From a virus, in IMG/VR virus record IMGVR_UViG_3300025913_000032, positions 5,381-69,380 of that record: 64,000 nt of DNA. One strand, written 5' to 3'. Under the pieces are notes generated by a model. That model had not been told where the DNA came from. It did no database searches and was given only the letters and a program-made list of their open reading frames with translations. Positions 1 to 8,751 of this stretch are shown piece after piece. Made by a program: the position numbers and the translations under genes. Position 1 is the stretch's first letter; each line of letters starts with the position of its first letter.

Positions 1-19
1 CCAGTCCGATGATGCGCAT
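1..19 (-). CDS. 5' end of a gene running off the window (MRIIGL...)
   Basis: ATG at 19 on minus strand preceded by an AAGGAGA RBS-like sequence. Confidence 0.5.
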
Positions 20-31
20 AGGAGAATCTCC

Positions 32-109
32 TTACTGGACATTGACTAACACGGTTTTCGAGCCACATGGTCCGGCTACCACGATATTCGCCGCCTTGTC
101 ACGTAACAT
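32..109 (-). pseudogene. Displaced former C-terminus of the beta-helix protein gene
   Basis: Translates LRDKAANIVVAGPCGSKTVLVNVQ*, colinear with the current end [22 protein letters not shown] of 662..3442. Confidence 0.7.
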
Positions 110-578
110 GCTTCCAGTTCTGACGTTTACAAATACGCGCAGCGGTGATCTCGCTAATCCCGTAAAGTCGTCCAAGGTGTACAAACGTAAATCTACCCGT
201 TGCGTATTGTGCCCGCATGGTGATAACTTTCTGACTTGTCATCTTTGCGCCCCCGCCGTTGAGCTCTCCCTGTAAGCTTCGACCTCTACCTTTACTAATC
301 ATATCCCTTGAGTTGTCACGAGCCGTACCAAAGAACAAATGCGACGGACGTACGCAAGGTGGATTATCACAGCGGTGAAGTACCCACATACCCTCAGGTA
401 CGCCTCCGTAGGCGAATTCATAAGCCATTACGGACGCAGTAATAGTGCAGCCGTCTTTGGTAAACCGACCATATCCATCACGGTCACACGACCCTTGCCA
501 TAACCAGCATAGGTCGCCGCCCTGTACAAGAACCTTTGCCCAGAATCGCTCAAGTAGTGATATGCTGCATTTACCCAT
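99..578 (-). CDS. HNH homing endonuclease with C-terminal HTH
   Basis: ERFWAKV..CWLWQG..GYG..VLHRCDNPPCVRPSHLFFGTARDN motif. Confidence 0.9.
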   Translation of the reverse strand: MGKCSISLLERFWAKVLVQGGDLCWLWQGSCDRDGYGRFTKDGCTITASVMAYEFAYGGVPEGMWVLHRCDNPPCVRPSHLFFGTARDNSRDMISKGRGRSLQGELNGGGAKMTSQKVITMRAQYATGRFTFVHLGRLYGISEITAARICKRQNWKHVT

Positions 579-610
579 CCTCGAAACTCGTCCTTTCGGG
601 TGCTTGGTAG

Positions 611-644
611 GAGCGGGTACGTGCTAGAACCGCGTACCCCGCTT
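611..644 (-). promoter_or_regulatory. Stem-loop in the leader of the HNH gene, just after a TGAGATAAT extended -10-like box
   Basis: Inverted repeat GCGGG(G)TACG...CGTACCCGC. Confidence 0.45.
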
Positions 645-661
645 CGTTTATTATCTCACAA

Positions 662-3442
662 TCAGCGTATCAATACATTAGTAGTTTTTGTTCCGCAAGG
701 AGATTCAAACCGAACACTGGAAGAATTCTGTTTGGTTTTCAGAATAAACGATAACAGCGCGTTCGGGGTTACCGCATTCCGGCTTCTCGGCGATGCCGAT
801 ACCTGTCCAGTGGTCGGGATGGCTGTAATAGTAATCGGCAGCGGGGTTGAGCCTGCGGTTACTTCTATGAAGATTGTTGAGGATGAATTGCGCGACATCG
901 TTACACTTGAAGGCGCATTGATAGTACACGAAGGAATAGAAGGTGTCGGGGTTGCCACGGGTGTAGGTTCTATCGAGGGCGAAGGTTGAGGTGTGGGCTG
1001 TTGAGTCGGGCTGGCAACAGGTGAGGGCGACACGCTTGGCGAGGGCTGTGGCTGTCCCGGCGGGCATTCACCTCCACCTGGCACACAGTTATCCGCGCCA
1101 GTCTTAAACCATTCATCCGGCCCGAGCGTAAAGTTTAAGATTGTCAACCCGCCCATGGTTTCGGTCGCGTTGGTAACGTGAATCCGCCCCGGCGAAACGT
1201 TGTAGCCAGATTGCTCAACGTGAATCTGGTAACTCCCCGGTTCGACGATAAAGGCATACGAGTTGTCCTGTTCTTGTAGGCGTCGCAATTCTATACCGTT
1301 GACATCACTCAATACCACCGTTGTCCACGGAAACGCCCCGCCGTCCAATGCTGAGAACGTGTGCCCGCTGAGGATAATCTTACCGGCGGGCACCGAGGGG
1401 GTAGGTGTCGGCGCTGGGCTTACAACCGGCGAAGGCTGTGGCGTCGGCGTCACGGTAGGCGAAGGTGACGGGCTGGGCTGCGGGGTTGGTGTGGCGGATG
1501 GAACCGGTGTGGGCGTTGGCGCTGGCGTTGGGCTGATCGACGGCGGGGGTGTAGGCGACGGCAGCGGCGCACTGCTCTGTCCGCCAAGGTGCGCGGCTAA
1601 CTGCTGCGTGTCTACGCCAATATCCTTGCCGTCAGTCCCTTTGGCCTTGTACGGTGAATCCGCACGCAGGCCGTAGTTGCCGCTGGCCGGGTCGATGAAT
1701 CCTACTTCAGCAGTTGTCGCCGGGTTGAAGTTTCCCGGTGGAAAGTTCGCCATACTGCGCGCGTCCTGCAACGGCCCTGTTGGCGCTCCAACCATCACGC
1801 TGCGGGTCCAAACGTAGCCCGGCACACAGGGTTCATTGCTGCCGTTCGTCGAGTTCAGACAGGCAAATCCATGTTGCTCGCCAGTGCCCCAGTTGGTGAT
1901 GTTGTTTGTCCATCGCCAATTCGTCATCTGCTCTCTGGGAGCAAGCGATGGCACACCGCTGCCGGAGCGTGCAATCTCCCCGGACTGGAGTATCGTGTTG
2001 TGGTCAAACTCAATTATATCGCCGTGCTGGCCGGTAAATACCTTGGGCCGGATACCGAGCGCCGGGTCAGGACCAACGTCACCATAAGCAAGGTTGTTGA
2101 TGAAGCGGATGTTGGACGACGGCATGGACAACTGCTGGTTGTCGTCGAACAGCGTCGCTGCAAACACGCTGAACTTCGGGAACAGGTTGTTGCTGACGGT
2201 AAGGTTACGGATAATGGACCATGCTGCTGCGCCGCCCTGGTTACGCACGGTGATCGTCATCCCGGTACGTCCATCAAAGGTATTGCCGTCGATAAGACAC
2301 CTGTCGCACAGTTTGATCTCGTAAAACCCTTTGCCATCAGTGCCGACTGCGTCATACCAGCGCCTGGGCTTGAAGAAAGTGTTGCGGGTAACGCGGATGT
2401 CTGACGGTATCCAGCCGCGCCAGCGTGCGTTGCTGCCCGTGCCGACCAGCGCCGGAGGACCATTGCGCTTGTTGTCATTCGTCCCGATGACTTGTGTCGG
2501 GATTCTCAGTGTCACGTTCAGCCCGCTGACAGAGTCCACAATCGACGCACCCCACACCGCAGCACGCGGATTGTCGGGGTGGTCCAACGGCACGCGGTAG
2601 CTGATATAATCACCCGCTGCAAGGTTGGCGGTTTGGGAGAGGGTCAGCGAGGTGGCGGTGGAAGCTGTCACAGTGGCTTGGTTACTACTCCCCGGATCAC
2701 CGCCGCCTGTAAAGAACCCGACAAACCATGCCTCACAATGATTGTTGTCCATCGTGTACGGGCCGGGCGACGTACCAATCAACGCACAGCCCGAGTCAAG
2801 CAACTCATTACTGTTCATATACCGCGCGCCGAACCCGGTCATATATGAGTCACGCAGTATAATGTTGCTGCCGCCAATCTCTACCGCGTAGTTGACCGAC
2901 GCACGCAAGTTGGTGCCGCCCGTCTCGTCCCACTCCAGTGGATTAAAGAAGCAGTGGTCGATGTCGATGTGATGCGGGAAGTTATTGATGTCGCCGTTGA
3001 TTTCGCTGCCACCACCAATCAGGTAGCTGGTCCCGCTGTTGTCAGCCCGGCGCTGGTTCGTAAACCACAGGTGACTGAGACGATAGTGGTGCGCGCGATT
3101 AAGCACGTCGAAGAAGCCGGGGGAGCCGACGCGTGCAACGAGTTTCGGCATGTTGGTCCGATCTGCAAGACCCACCCGCACGCCATCCGCAGGCGCAGCC
3201 ACCGACGACGTGATGGTGATGTAGCTGGAATCAGTGCAGGGTTTGACGGGCAGAGTGTAAGCAACAAAGTCAGCGGGTGCGGTATAGGTTGCGCCTGCTT
3301 GCAGCATGATCTTGTCGCCGCACTTGGCAGTGTCGATCGCTGATTGCAGGTTGCCGCCTGCGGGAACGACGATGGTTGTTTGAGCGTTGATAGTAGCGCA
3401 AGTTGCAAAGAGGACGATTAGCAGGATTAGCCAGCGTGTCAT
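662..3442 (-). CDS. Secreted-type right-handed parallel beta-helix (pectin-lyase-like) protein with Pro/Thr linkers and C-terminal beta-sandwich-like domains
   Basis: AAAGGAG RBS before ATG 3442; signal-like [20 protein letters not shown]; [25 protein letters not shown]; Asn-ladder repeats; [28 protein letters not shown]; PTPTP linkers. Confidence 0.75.
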   Translation of the reverse strand: MTRWLILLIVLFATCATINAQTTIVVPAGGNLQSAIDTAKCGDKIMLQAGATYTAPADFVAYTLPVKPCTDSSYITITSSVAAPADGVRVGLADRTNMPKLVARVGSPGFFDVLNRAHHYRLSHLWFTNQRRADNSGTSYLIGGGSEINGDINNFPHHIDIDHCFFNPLEWDETGGTNLRASVNYAVEIGGSNIILRDSYMTGFGARYMNSNELLDSGCALIGTSPGPYTMDNNHCEAWFVGFFTGGGDPGSSNQATVTASTATSLTLSQTANLAAGDYISYRVPLDHPDNPRAAVWGASIVDSVSGLNVTLRIPTQVIGTNDNKRNGPPALVGTGSNARWRGWIPSDIRVTRNTFFKPRRWYDAVGTDGKGFYEIKLCDRCLIDGNTFDGRTGMTITVRNQGGAAAWSIIRNLTVSNNLFPKFSVFAATLFDDNQQLSMPSSNIRFINNLAYGDVGPDPALGIRPKVFTGQHGDIIEFDHNTILQSGEIARSGSGVPSLAPREQMTNWRWTNNITNWGTGEQHGFACLNSTNGSNEPCVPGYVWTRSVMVGAPTGPLQDARSMANFPPGNFNPATTAEVGFIDPASGNYGLRADSPYKAKGTDGKDIGVDTQQLAAHLGGQSSAPLPSPTPPPSISPTPAPTPTPVPSATPTPQPSPSPSPTVTPTPQPSPVVSPAPTPTPSVPAGKIILSGHTFSALDGGAFPWTTVVLSDVNGIELRRLQEQDNSYAFIVEPGSYQIHVEQSGYNVSPGRIHVTNATETMGGLTILNFTLGPDEWFKTGADNCVPGGGECPPGQPQPSPSVSPSPVASPTQQPTPQPSPSIEPTPVATPTPSIPSCTINAPSSVTMSRNSSSTIFIEVTAGSTPLPITITAIPTTGQVSASPRSRNAVTPNALLSFILKTKQNSSSVRFESPCGTKTTNVLIR

Positions 3443-3617
3443 TGAACTCCTTTGCCGAACGGGAGGAAAGTGGAGGGTCGGCTTGTCCCTACCGGCCCTC
3501 CCAATCACAGGAGGAACTAGAGTGTCTATTCGCACCCTTGACTCAGCAGTTTATAGCAAAGTTGTCACGGAAACAATGAGGAATGTTACCACACTTAGCG
3601 GTCTGTCACTTTCCGTA

Positions 3618-3646
3618 TTGCACTTTCTGGGTTTCTGTATTACACT
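3618..3646 (+). promoter_or_regulatory. Sigma70-like promoter, probably leaderless transcript
   Basis: TTGCAC-17 bp-TACACT, with ATG 3653 7 nt after the -10 box. Confidence 0.6.
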
Positions 3647-3652
3647 TGCTGT

Positions 3653-3835
3653 ATGGCTGGTAAAAAACTGGGACGACCGAAGTTGCCGAGCGGCGTGGTG
3701 AAAGACGTCATCCGACCAGTGCGGTTCACGCAAGCTGAATTGCGACTATTCGAGAAAGCGGCAAAAGCCAGCGAGCATAAAACACTATCGGCGTGGATTC
3801 GGTCAGTACTGCGAGAGAAGGCGGAAAGTATATGA
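3653..3835 (+). CDS. Ribbon-helix-helix-like DNA-binding protein
   Basis: GRPK basic N-terminus and VRFTQAELRLFEKAAKASEHKTLSAWIRSVL pattern. Confidence 0.7.
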   Translation: MAGKKLGRPKLPSGVVKDVIRPVRFTQAELRLFEKAAKASEHKTLSAWIRSVLREKAESI

Positions 3836-4368
3836 AGTGTGAGGCGTGTGGTGGTGACGGGTTGATTGAGTATGACGGTTATAGAGGCGGTAATGGAACC
3901 GAGACGCGTACGTGCCAGCTTTGTGGCGGGACGGTAACGGTAGATGCAGCAACTACCGATACAGTGGACATGTTAACCACTACGAGCGGCGTTGCGTCAT
4001 CACCGAGTAACGCAATACGATCACCAACGAAGTCATCAAAGAAACCTACGAGCTTGCTGCGTAGAACGCAGCCTAAACCTCATCTGTATCATACATGGAG
4101 CGACGTAGAAGTAACTGGCGGAAGTAAGTGGGATTTAAGCTCTCGCCGTGTTGAGTTCAGTTGTAAGTGTGGTGAGACTTTGATCTTCAACACAGCGGGT
4201 CAACTAACACACGGCTCTGTTTCAGAACCTGAACTAGCAGGACTGTCCTACCGGGCACGCGTAGAGTCGCTGAAAGATAAAGCAAGGCGGCGCGGGGAAG
4301 AGATTGTAGGTATCAGTCCTCCCGAAGATACCAGCGGAGAAGTTAACGGTCCCGCACACGGATGGTGA
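3832..4368 (+). CDS. Hypothetical protein with DnaJ-type Zn-finger N-terminus
   Basis: ATGA overlap with upstream gene; CEACGGDG...CQLCGGT. Confidence 0.55.
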   Translation: MKCEACGGDGLIEYDGYRGGNGTETRTCQLCGGTVTVDAATTDTVDMLTTTSGVASSPSNAIRSPTKSSKKPTSLLRRTQPKPHLYHTWSDVEVTGGSKWDLSSRRVEFSCKCGETLIFNTAGQLTHGSVSEPELAGLSYRARVESLKDKARRRGEEIVGISPPEDTSGEVNGPAHGW

Positions 4369-4633
4369 TAGTCCGGTCGCGCTGGCGGTCGCCGGGCGTA
4401 GTGACGATGCGATTGGTGAGTTGGTAATCAGTGCCTGCGGTGCCGCCGCCAAGCTTGATAATTGCACGCATGCCGTCGTGGGTGTCGCTGAGCTTGGTGA
4501 TGCCAGATGGAACCACCGGCCACGTGCTGGTTAGAATCGTATCACCCACGCGGCTCAAGTAGCGCGACCAGTTAACCACGTAGTCCACCTTATCGTCAGG
4601 GTCTTTGGGTTCCAGTACATCAAGCTGACTCAT
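4343..4633 (-). CDS. Small tail-fibre adaptor-like protein
   Basis: KDPDDKVDYVVNWSRYL...GGTAGTDYQLTNRIVT motif common downstream of phage fibre genes. Confidence 0.65.
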   Translation of the reverse strand: MSQLDVLEPKDPDDKVDYVVNWSRYLSRVGDTILTSTWPVVPSGITKLSDTHDGMRAIIKLGGGTAGTDYQLTNRIVTTPGDRQRDRTITIRVRDR

Positions 4634-6975
4634 ACCAGTTGCAGCTCCGCTTCTTCCTCGTAATCGTAATTCCCAACCATGTACTCGTAGTTCCCTGCGC
4701 CCTCCACCACCTCGTAGTTGCCGGATTCTACTACAAAAGTGCGGTTGGCTGGTACGCGTCCTGCGAATAGCCAGACAGCGTAGGATGTCAGTGTAAGAGT
4801 GGCGGTTATCGGCGTGATAGTGACGTTGCCGCCTGCGATGACCGTCGGGGCAAAGACGCTGAGGATCAAGCCGGTTGTTGTCGGGGTTGCAGTCTCACGT
4901 AGCAGTGGCGCAAAGGTTGTGAGAGTGAGGGCCGTGGCGGGCGGTGTGACCACCGGCCGCATTATCGGCGCAAACCGCTGCAAGCTCAGTGTCGCAGGCG
5001 CTGGCGTGACTGTGACGTTGTTCGTCCCGGTAACAGTCGGCGCAAACGTTTGTAGCGTCAAGGACGCAGGCGATGGAGTGAATGTCTGGTCAGCGCTGAT
5101 TGTCAGTGATGGAGCAAACGTGGTGAGGGTCAGCGCGCTCACTGCTGGCGTCAGTTGCTCATGTAGCGCAGACGCAAACCCACTCAGCACCAACGTTGCC
5201 GTAGGTACCTCGACACGAATATCAGCGCTGATGGTGATAGTGGGCGCGAAGGTCGTGAGCGTCAGGCTGCTCGTGCTGAGGGTGACGATCAGCCGCAAGG
5301 TTGGCGCGAACGCTGCCAGTACCAGCGTCTGTGTCGTCGGTGTCACCGTCACGTCGGCAATTACATCCGGCACGAAGGTGGTCAGCGTGAGAGTCAGGGG
5401 TGTCGGAGTCGTTGTTGTGCGCAGCGCCGGGGCATGAGCCGCCAGCGTCAGCACAGCCGTCATCGGCGTCAGCACCGTGTTAGTGCGCAACGTCGGCGCG
5501 AAGGTGCTCAACGTCAAACTGGCGACAGTCGGCGTGACGGTTGTCTTCAGCGCAGGCGCAAACGTTGCCAACACCAGCGATTGACTTGCTGGAGTGATTA
5601 CTACACGCAGCGATGGAGCGAACGTTATTAGCGTGAGACTAGCCGTCGTCGGCGTAACCGTGACACCCGCTCCCGCTGTCACCGTTGGCGCGAAAGTCGT
5701 CAAGCTCAACGCGGTATTCAGCACTGTAACCACCACTGTTACAGAGGGCGCGAAGGTGGTAAGGGCCAGCGTGGTAGTTGTCGGCGTCAGTGCGACCTTC
5801 AGTGACGGGCTGAACGTGGTCGTGGTCAGTGAACGCGTGGGTGGCGTGATAGTCGTGCGCAGCGACGGCGCAAAGCGGGTGGTAGTGAGCGCCACGGTCG
5901 TTGGAGTGACGGTTAGCCGCAGTGTCGGAGCAAATCGCGCAGTCGTCAGCGACGCACTTGCAGGGGTGACGAACGTTGCAATTCGAACAGTTGGAGCGAA
6001 GGTGGTGAGCGTCAACGCTGCGCTCGCCGGTGTAACCACCACCTTCAGCACCACTGCAAACGCCGTCAGCGTCAGGCTGGCAGTTGCTGGCGTGACAGTA
6101 GTGACGCCGATTGTGCCACCGCCAAAGTCATCAAACCGCGCCGACGTGCCGCTCTCAGTGGCAATGCCAATCGCCCCGGCGCTGGAGTACGTTGCATCAA
6201 CTGCCTGTAGCTTGATTTCCCAGCCGCCGCCGGTATCGCCCCACAGGTAAATCGTGTCGCCGACGATCTGGATGCCGTACCTGTCGCCTGTTAGTGGGCC
6301 AACGCCCGTTTCGCCAATCGTGGCCAATGGGGTCAAGTTTCCGTCGTCGAGCCTGTAGACGGCATAGGCACGATCGTCGTCAGCAATGTTCGTCACCGTT
6401 ACAACGTATCCGTCAGAGGTAAAGAAACCGATGTCTGTAAGACGGGCTGCCAGACTAATAGTGCTCAACCCGGTCGCATCGACAACGGTCAGGTAAGCTT
6501 CACTGTTTGGCCCATACGTCGCCGCATCCCACCAGTTCTGCGCTACATCATCAATGAGGTTAGCCAACTGGTTTGAGACAACCTGATGGCCCTGACTCAG
6601 CCCGCCCAGCCCGTTAGCAAAGCCATTGGTCCAGTTGGCGGAGGGTGGTGGACCTTCATCAGCGCGATTGAAGTCGTCGAGGATACCCAGTTGCGGGAAG
6701 GGCAGGCTGACCCTCACGTAAGGGGCAAAGGTGGTGAGTGTGAGCGTGGTGATGGGGACGACAATAGCCGTCGCCAGCTTTGGCGCAAACCTCGTTGTCG
6801 TCAGCGCTTGCGAGGCCGGGGTGATACCAATTACCAACTTCGGCGCAAACGTTGAGAGAGTCAGCGAAGCAGTGGCCGGAGTAACGGTAGTCGTAACGGA
6901 GTCAGTCGTCGGCACCCAGCCTCGTAGAACCGATGGCGGGCGTCGATAGGGATGGCGATAGACTGAATCACTCAT
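4630..6975 (-). CDS. Putative tail fibre / virion protein with many Thr-rich ~21-aa repeats and an inserted beta-sandwich domain
   Basis: Repeats TPxTxxLTLTTFAPxL; LDDFNRAD...FDDFGGG domain; location in tail operon. Confidence 0.65.
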   Translation of the reverse strand: MSDSVYRHPYRRPPSVLRGWVPTTDSVTTTVTPATASLTLSTFAPKLVIGITPASQALTTTRFAPKLATAIVVPITTLTLTTFAPYVRVSLPFPQLGILDDFNRADEGPPPSANWTNGFANGLGGLSQGHQVVSNQLANLIDDVAQNWWDAATYGPNSEAYLTVVDATGLSTISLAARLTDIGFFTSDGYVVTVTNIADDDRAYAVYRLDDGNLTPLATIGETGVGPLTGDRYGIQIVGDTIYLWGDTGGGWEIKLQAVDATYSSAGAIGIATESGTSARFDDFGGGTIGVTTVTPATASLTLTAFAVVLKVVVTPASAALTLTTFAPTVRIATFVTPASASLTTARFAPTLRLTVTPTTVALTTTRFAPSLRTTITPPTRSLTTTTFSPSLKVALTPTTTTLALTTFAPSVTVVVTVLNTALSLTTFAPTVTAGAGVTVTPTTASLTLITFAPSLRVVITPASQSLVLATFAPALKTTVTPTVASLTLSTFAPTLRTNTVLTPMTAVLTLAAHAPALRTTTTPTPLTLTLTTFVPDVIADVTVTPTTQTLVLAAFAPTLRLIVTLSTSSLTLTTFAPTITISADIRVEVPTATLVLSGFASALHEQLTPAVSALTLTTFAPSLTISADQTFTPSPASLTLQTFAPTVTGTNNVTVTPAPATLSLQRFAPIMRPVVTPPATALTLTTFAPLLRETATPTTTGLILSVFAPTVIAGGNVTITPITATLTLTSYAVWLFAGRVPANRTFVVESGNYEVVEGAGNYEYMVGNYDYEEEAELQLV

Positions 6976-7004
6976 TTACAATTAGACTAACCTCAATCTA
7001 TAGT
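6975..7004 (+). promoter_or_regulatory. Sigma70-like promoter of the antisense HNH gene
   Basis: TTTACA-18 bp-TATAGT, in-frame GTG at 7012. Confidence 0.55.
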
Positions 7005-7011
7005 GTTCCCC

Positions 7012-7569
7012 GTGCCTAACAAGCTGATTTCTCACCATTGTCCTGTTTGCGGTGTTGTTTTCCCTGCTCGTAGAACAGCTAGATTCTGCTCGCGATCTTG
7101 TGCCAGAACACGCCCTGCCGAAGAGCGTTTTTGGAAGCGAGTTAATAAAGACGGGGAGTGCTGGGAGTGGACAGCCGCGAAAAGCCGTGATGGGTATGGA
7201 AACTTTTGTCTGAAGAAACCAAAGACAATGCTGGCACATCGCGTATCCTACCTATGGGCCTATGGTGAACTTCCAGCTAACCGTGAAGTCTGCCATACGT
7301 GTGATAATCCATCTTGTGTTAATCCCAATCACTTATTTCTTGCTACGCACCTTGAGAACATGCGTGACTGCGTAAACAAAGGTCGCATGAATCGCATCTC
7401 CCGCAAGGGAGAAAATAACGCTTATAACAAATACTCAACTGACACCATCCTGAGAATACGAGAACTCGCTGGAACAATGACGCTAAAAGCTATAGCCGCA
7501 ACGGTCGGTGTTTCCCAGTCATTGGTATGGCAGGTAGTAAACCGACACGCATGGAAGCACTTACCTTAA
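7012..7569 (+). CDS. HNH homing endonuclease, antisense to the tail operon
   Basis: CPVCG..FCSRSC Zn finger; ERFWKRV..CWEW..AHRVSY..VCHTCDNPSCVNPNHLFLATHLENM. Confidence 0.9.
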   Translation: MPNKLISHHCPVCGVVFPARRTARFCSRSCARTRPAEERFWKRVNKDGECWEWTAAKSRDGYGNFCLKKPKTMLAHRVSYLWAYGELPANREVCHTCDNPSCVNPNHLFLATHLENMRDCVNKGRMNRISRKGENNAYNKYSTDTILRIRELAGTMTLKAIAATVGVSQSLVWQVVNRHAWKHLP

Positions 7570-8039
7570 GAAAGTTCCTCAACCCAAACAGTCGCACGAA
7601 TCGTCACCGCGTCAGCAGGCGCGGCGCTTCTAATCACCAGTAGCACCCCGTTGATGCACTCCGGCGCTTCCTCTGGCGCGAAGGCCATGTCGTAACCCGC
7701 CCGAGTGTTCCATGCGTCTTCAACAAGGTTCACCGCTGTTCCAGCCGAGGCAATGGTCGTGTTCATCGTCTCTGCCGTGTACCCCGCCGCAGCATCGGAT
7801 GGAGAGAGCGCGCCGCCGTCCGGCGTCGTGTCGCCACCCGATCCCGATGTTGTATGGCCACGAACTACAGTGATCGCTAACTGTTCTTCCTCTGTGGTTG
7901 GCTCAGAGGTTTGAGCGATCCGAATCCGCCTGATCCGCACCGGCTTATTCGCGGCGGGACTAATCTCCACAAAGTCAAACGCCGCCGCCGGGCTGGCGAC
8001 ACCTGAGATTGTAATCGTGTAAACGCGTCCAGTTGACAT
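7566..8039 (-). CDS. Putative virion structural protein (157 aa)
   Basis: AAGGAG RBS before MSTGRVY; beta-rich; within tail cluster. Confidence 0.55.
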   Translation of the reverse strand: MSTGRVYTITISGVASPAAAFDFVEISPAANKPVRIRRIRIAQTSEPTTEEEQLAITVVRGHTTSGSGGDTTPDGGALSPSDAAAGYTAETMNTTIASAGTAVNLVEDAWNTRAGYDMAFAPEEAPECINGVLLVIRSAAPADAVTIRATVWVEELS

Positions 8040-8044
8040 ATCGG

Positions 8045-8749
8045 TTATCTCCTTAGTCGTGCGTCCTGCCCGAACGAGCCGCGACGCAGGTAAAGTTCCG
8101 CTGGCGGGGGCGGTACAGCCACCATCCCTGCCGCCCATCTTACGCCAGAGGTAGGGCTGGCATCCTGGTTGCTTAGCGACGTGCCTGATGCGGCAATGGT
8201 CCTACTTGCAGCGTTCCCTACCAGCGTGCCGCTGATTATCACCTCTTCATCCTGCGTGTAACTTGCCGGATCAGGCGCGTTGGTGGCTGCCCGTGAGAAG
8301 TACGTGTGCAGGATTAGCTGGTCGGGAGTGACGGTAGTGATAGTACTGGGGCGTACCGGGTTGGTGGTGCCAGTATTGTAGCCACGCGCCGACCACGCAG
8401 GCGCACTGAATACCCCTGTCTCGTACGCACCATCAATCGCGTAGGCGAATGCCAGCCGTGTGACGGTAGCACCGAGCGTAAACTGCGGGTTGGCTAGAGG
8501 GAGCGTATCCCCAGCCAGCACCAGCCGCCAGAACCATGTGCCGAGGATGCCATTGGCGGAAGTGCCGACTTGAACCTGTAGTATGCGGTTCCAGTTGGCA
8601 GGGTTGCCGGTCCAGAGAGTGTTGCCGGTGTTGCCGATAGGGATGTAGATTACATCACCGGCTGCGTGGGTGGGTAAGGTGACGGTAATCGTGCTGCCCG
8701 TGCCGCCGGGGTTGGTTGCAATTGAGTCTCTGATGGTCGGGACAGCCAC
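8045..8749 (-). CDS. Putative tail-associated beta-sandwich protein
   Basis: TVTLPTHAAGDVIYI-type domain, resembles the N-terminus of 8752..11739. Confidence 0.55.
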   Translation of the reverse strand: MAVPTIRDSIATNPGGTGSTITVTLPTHAAGDVIYIPIGNTGNTLWTGNPANWNRILQVQVGTSANGILGTWFWRLVLAGDTLPLANPQFTLGATVTRLAFAYAIDGAYETGVFSAPAWSARGYNTGTTNPVRPSTITTVTPDQLILHTYFSRAATNAPDPASYTQDEEVIISGTLVGNAASRTIAASGTSLSNQDASPTSGVRWAAGMVAVPPPPAELYLRRGSFGQDARLRR

Positions 8750-8751
8750 AT

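Noticed and set aside
99-660. Group I intron surrounding the HNH or GIY-YIG genes
   Set aside because: Flanking non-coding DNA is far too short for a ribozyme core and the host genes have their own stops
6976-7011. Displaced C-terminus at the antisense HNH in the tail operon
   Set aside because: No convincing match to the WVEELS* end; the gap is explained by the HNH promoter
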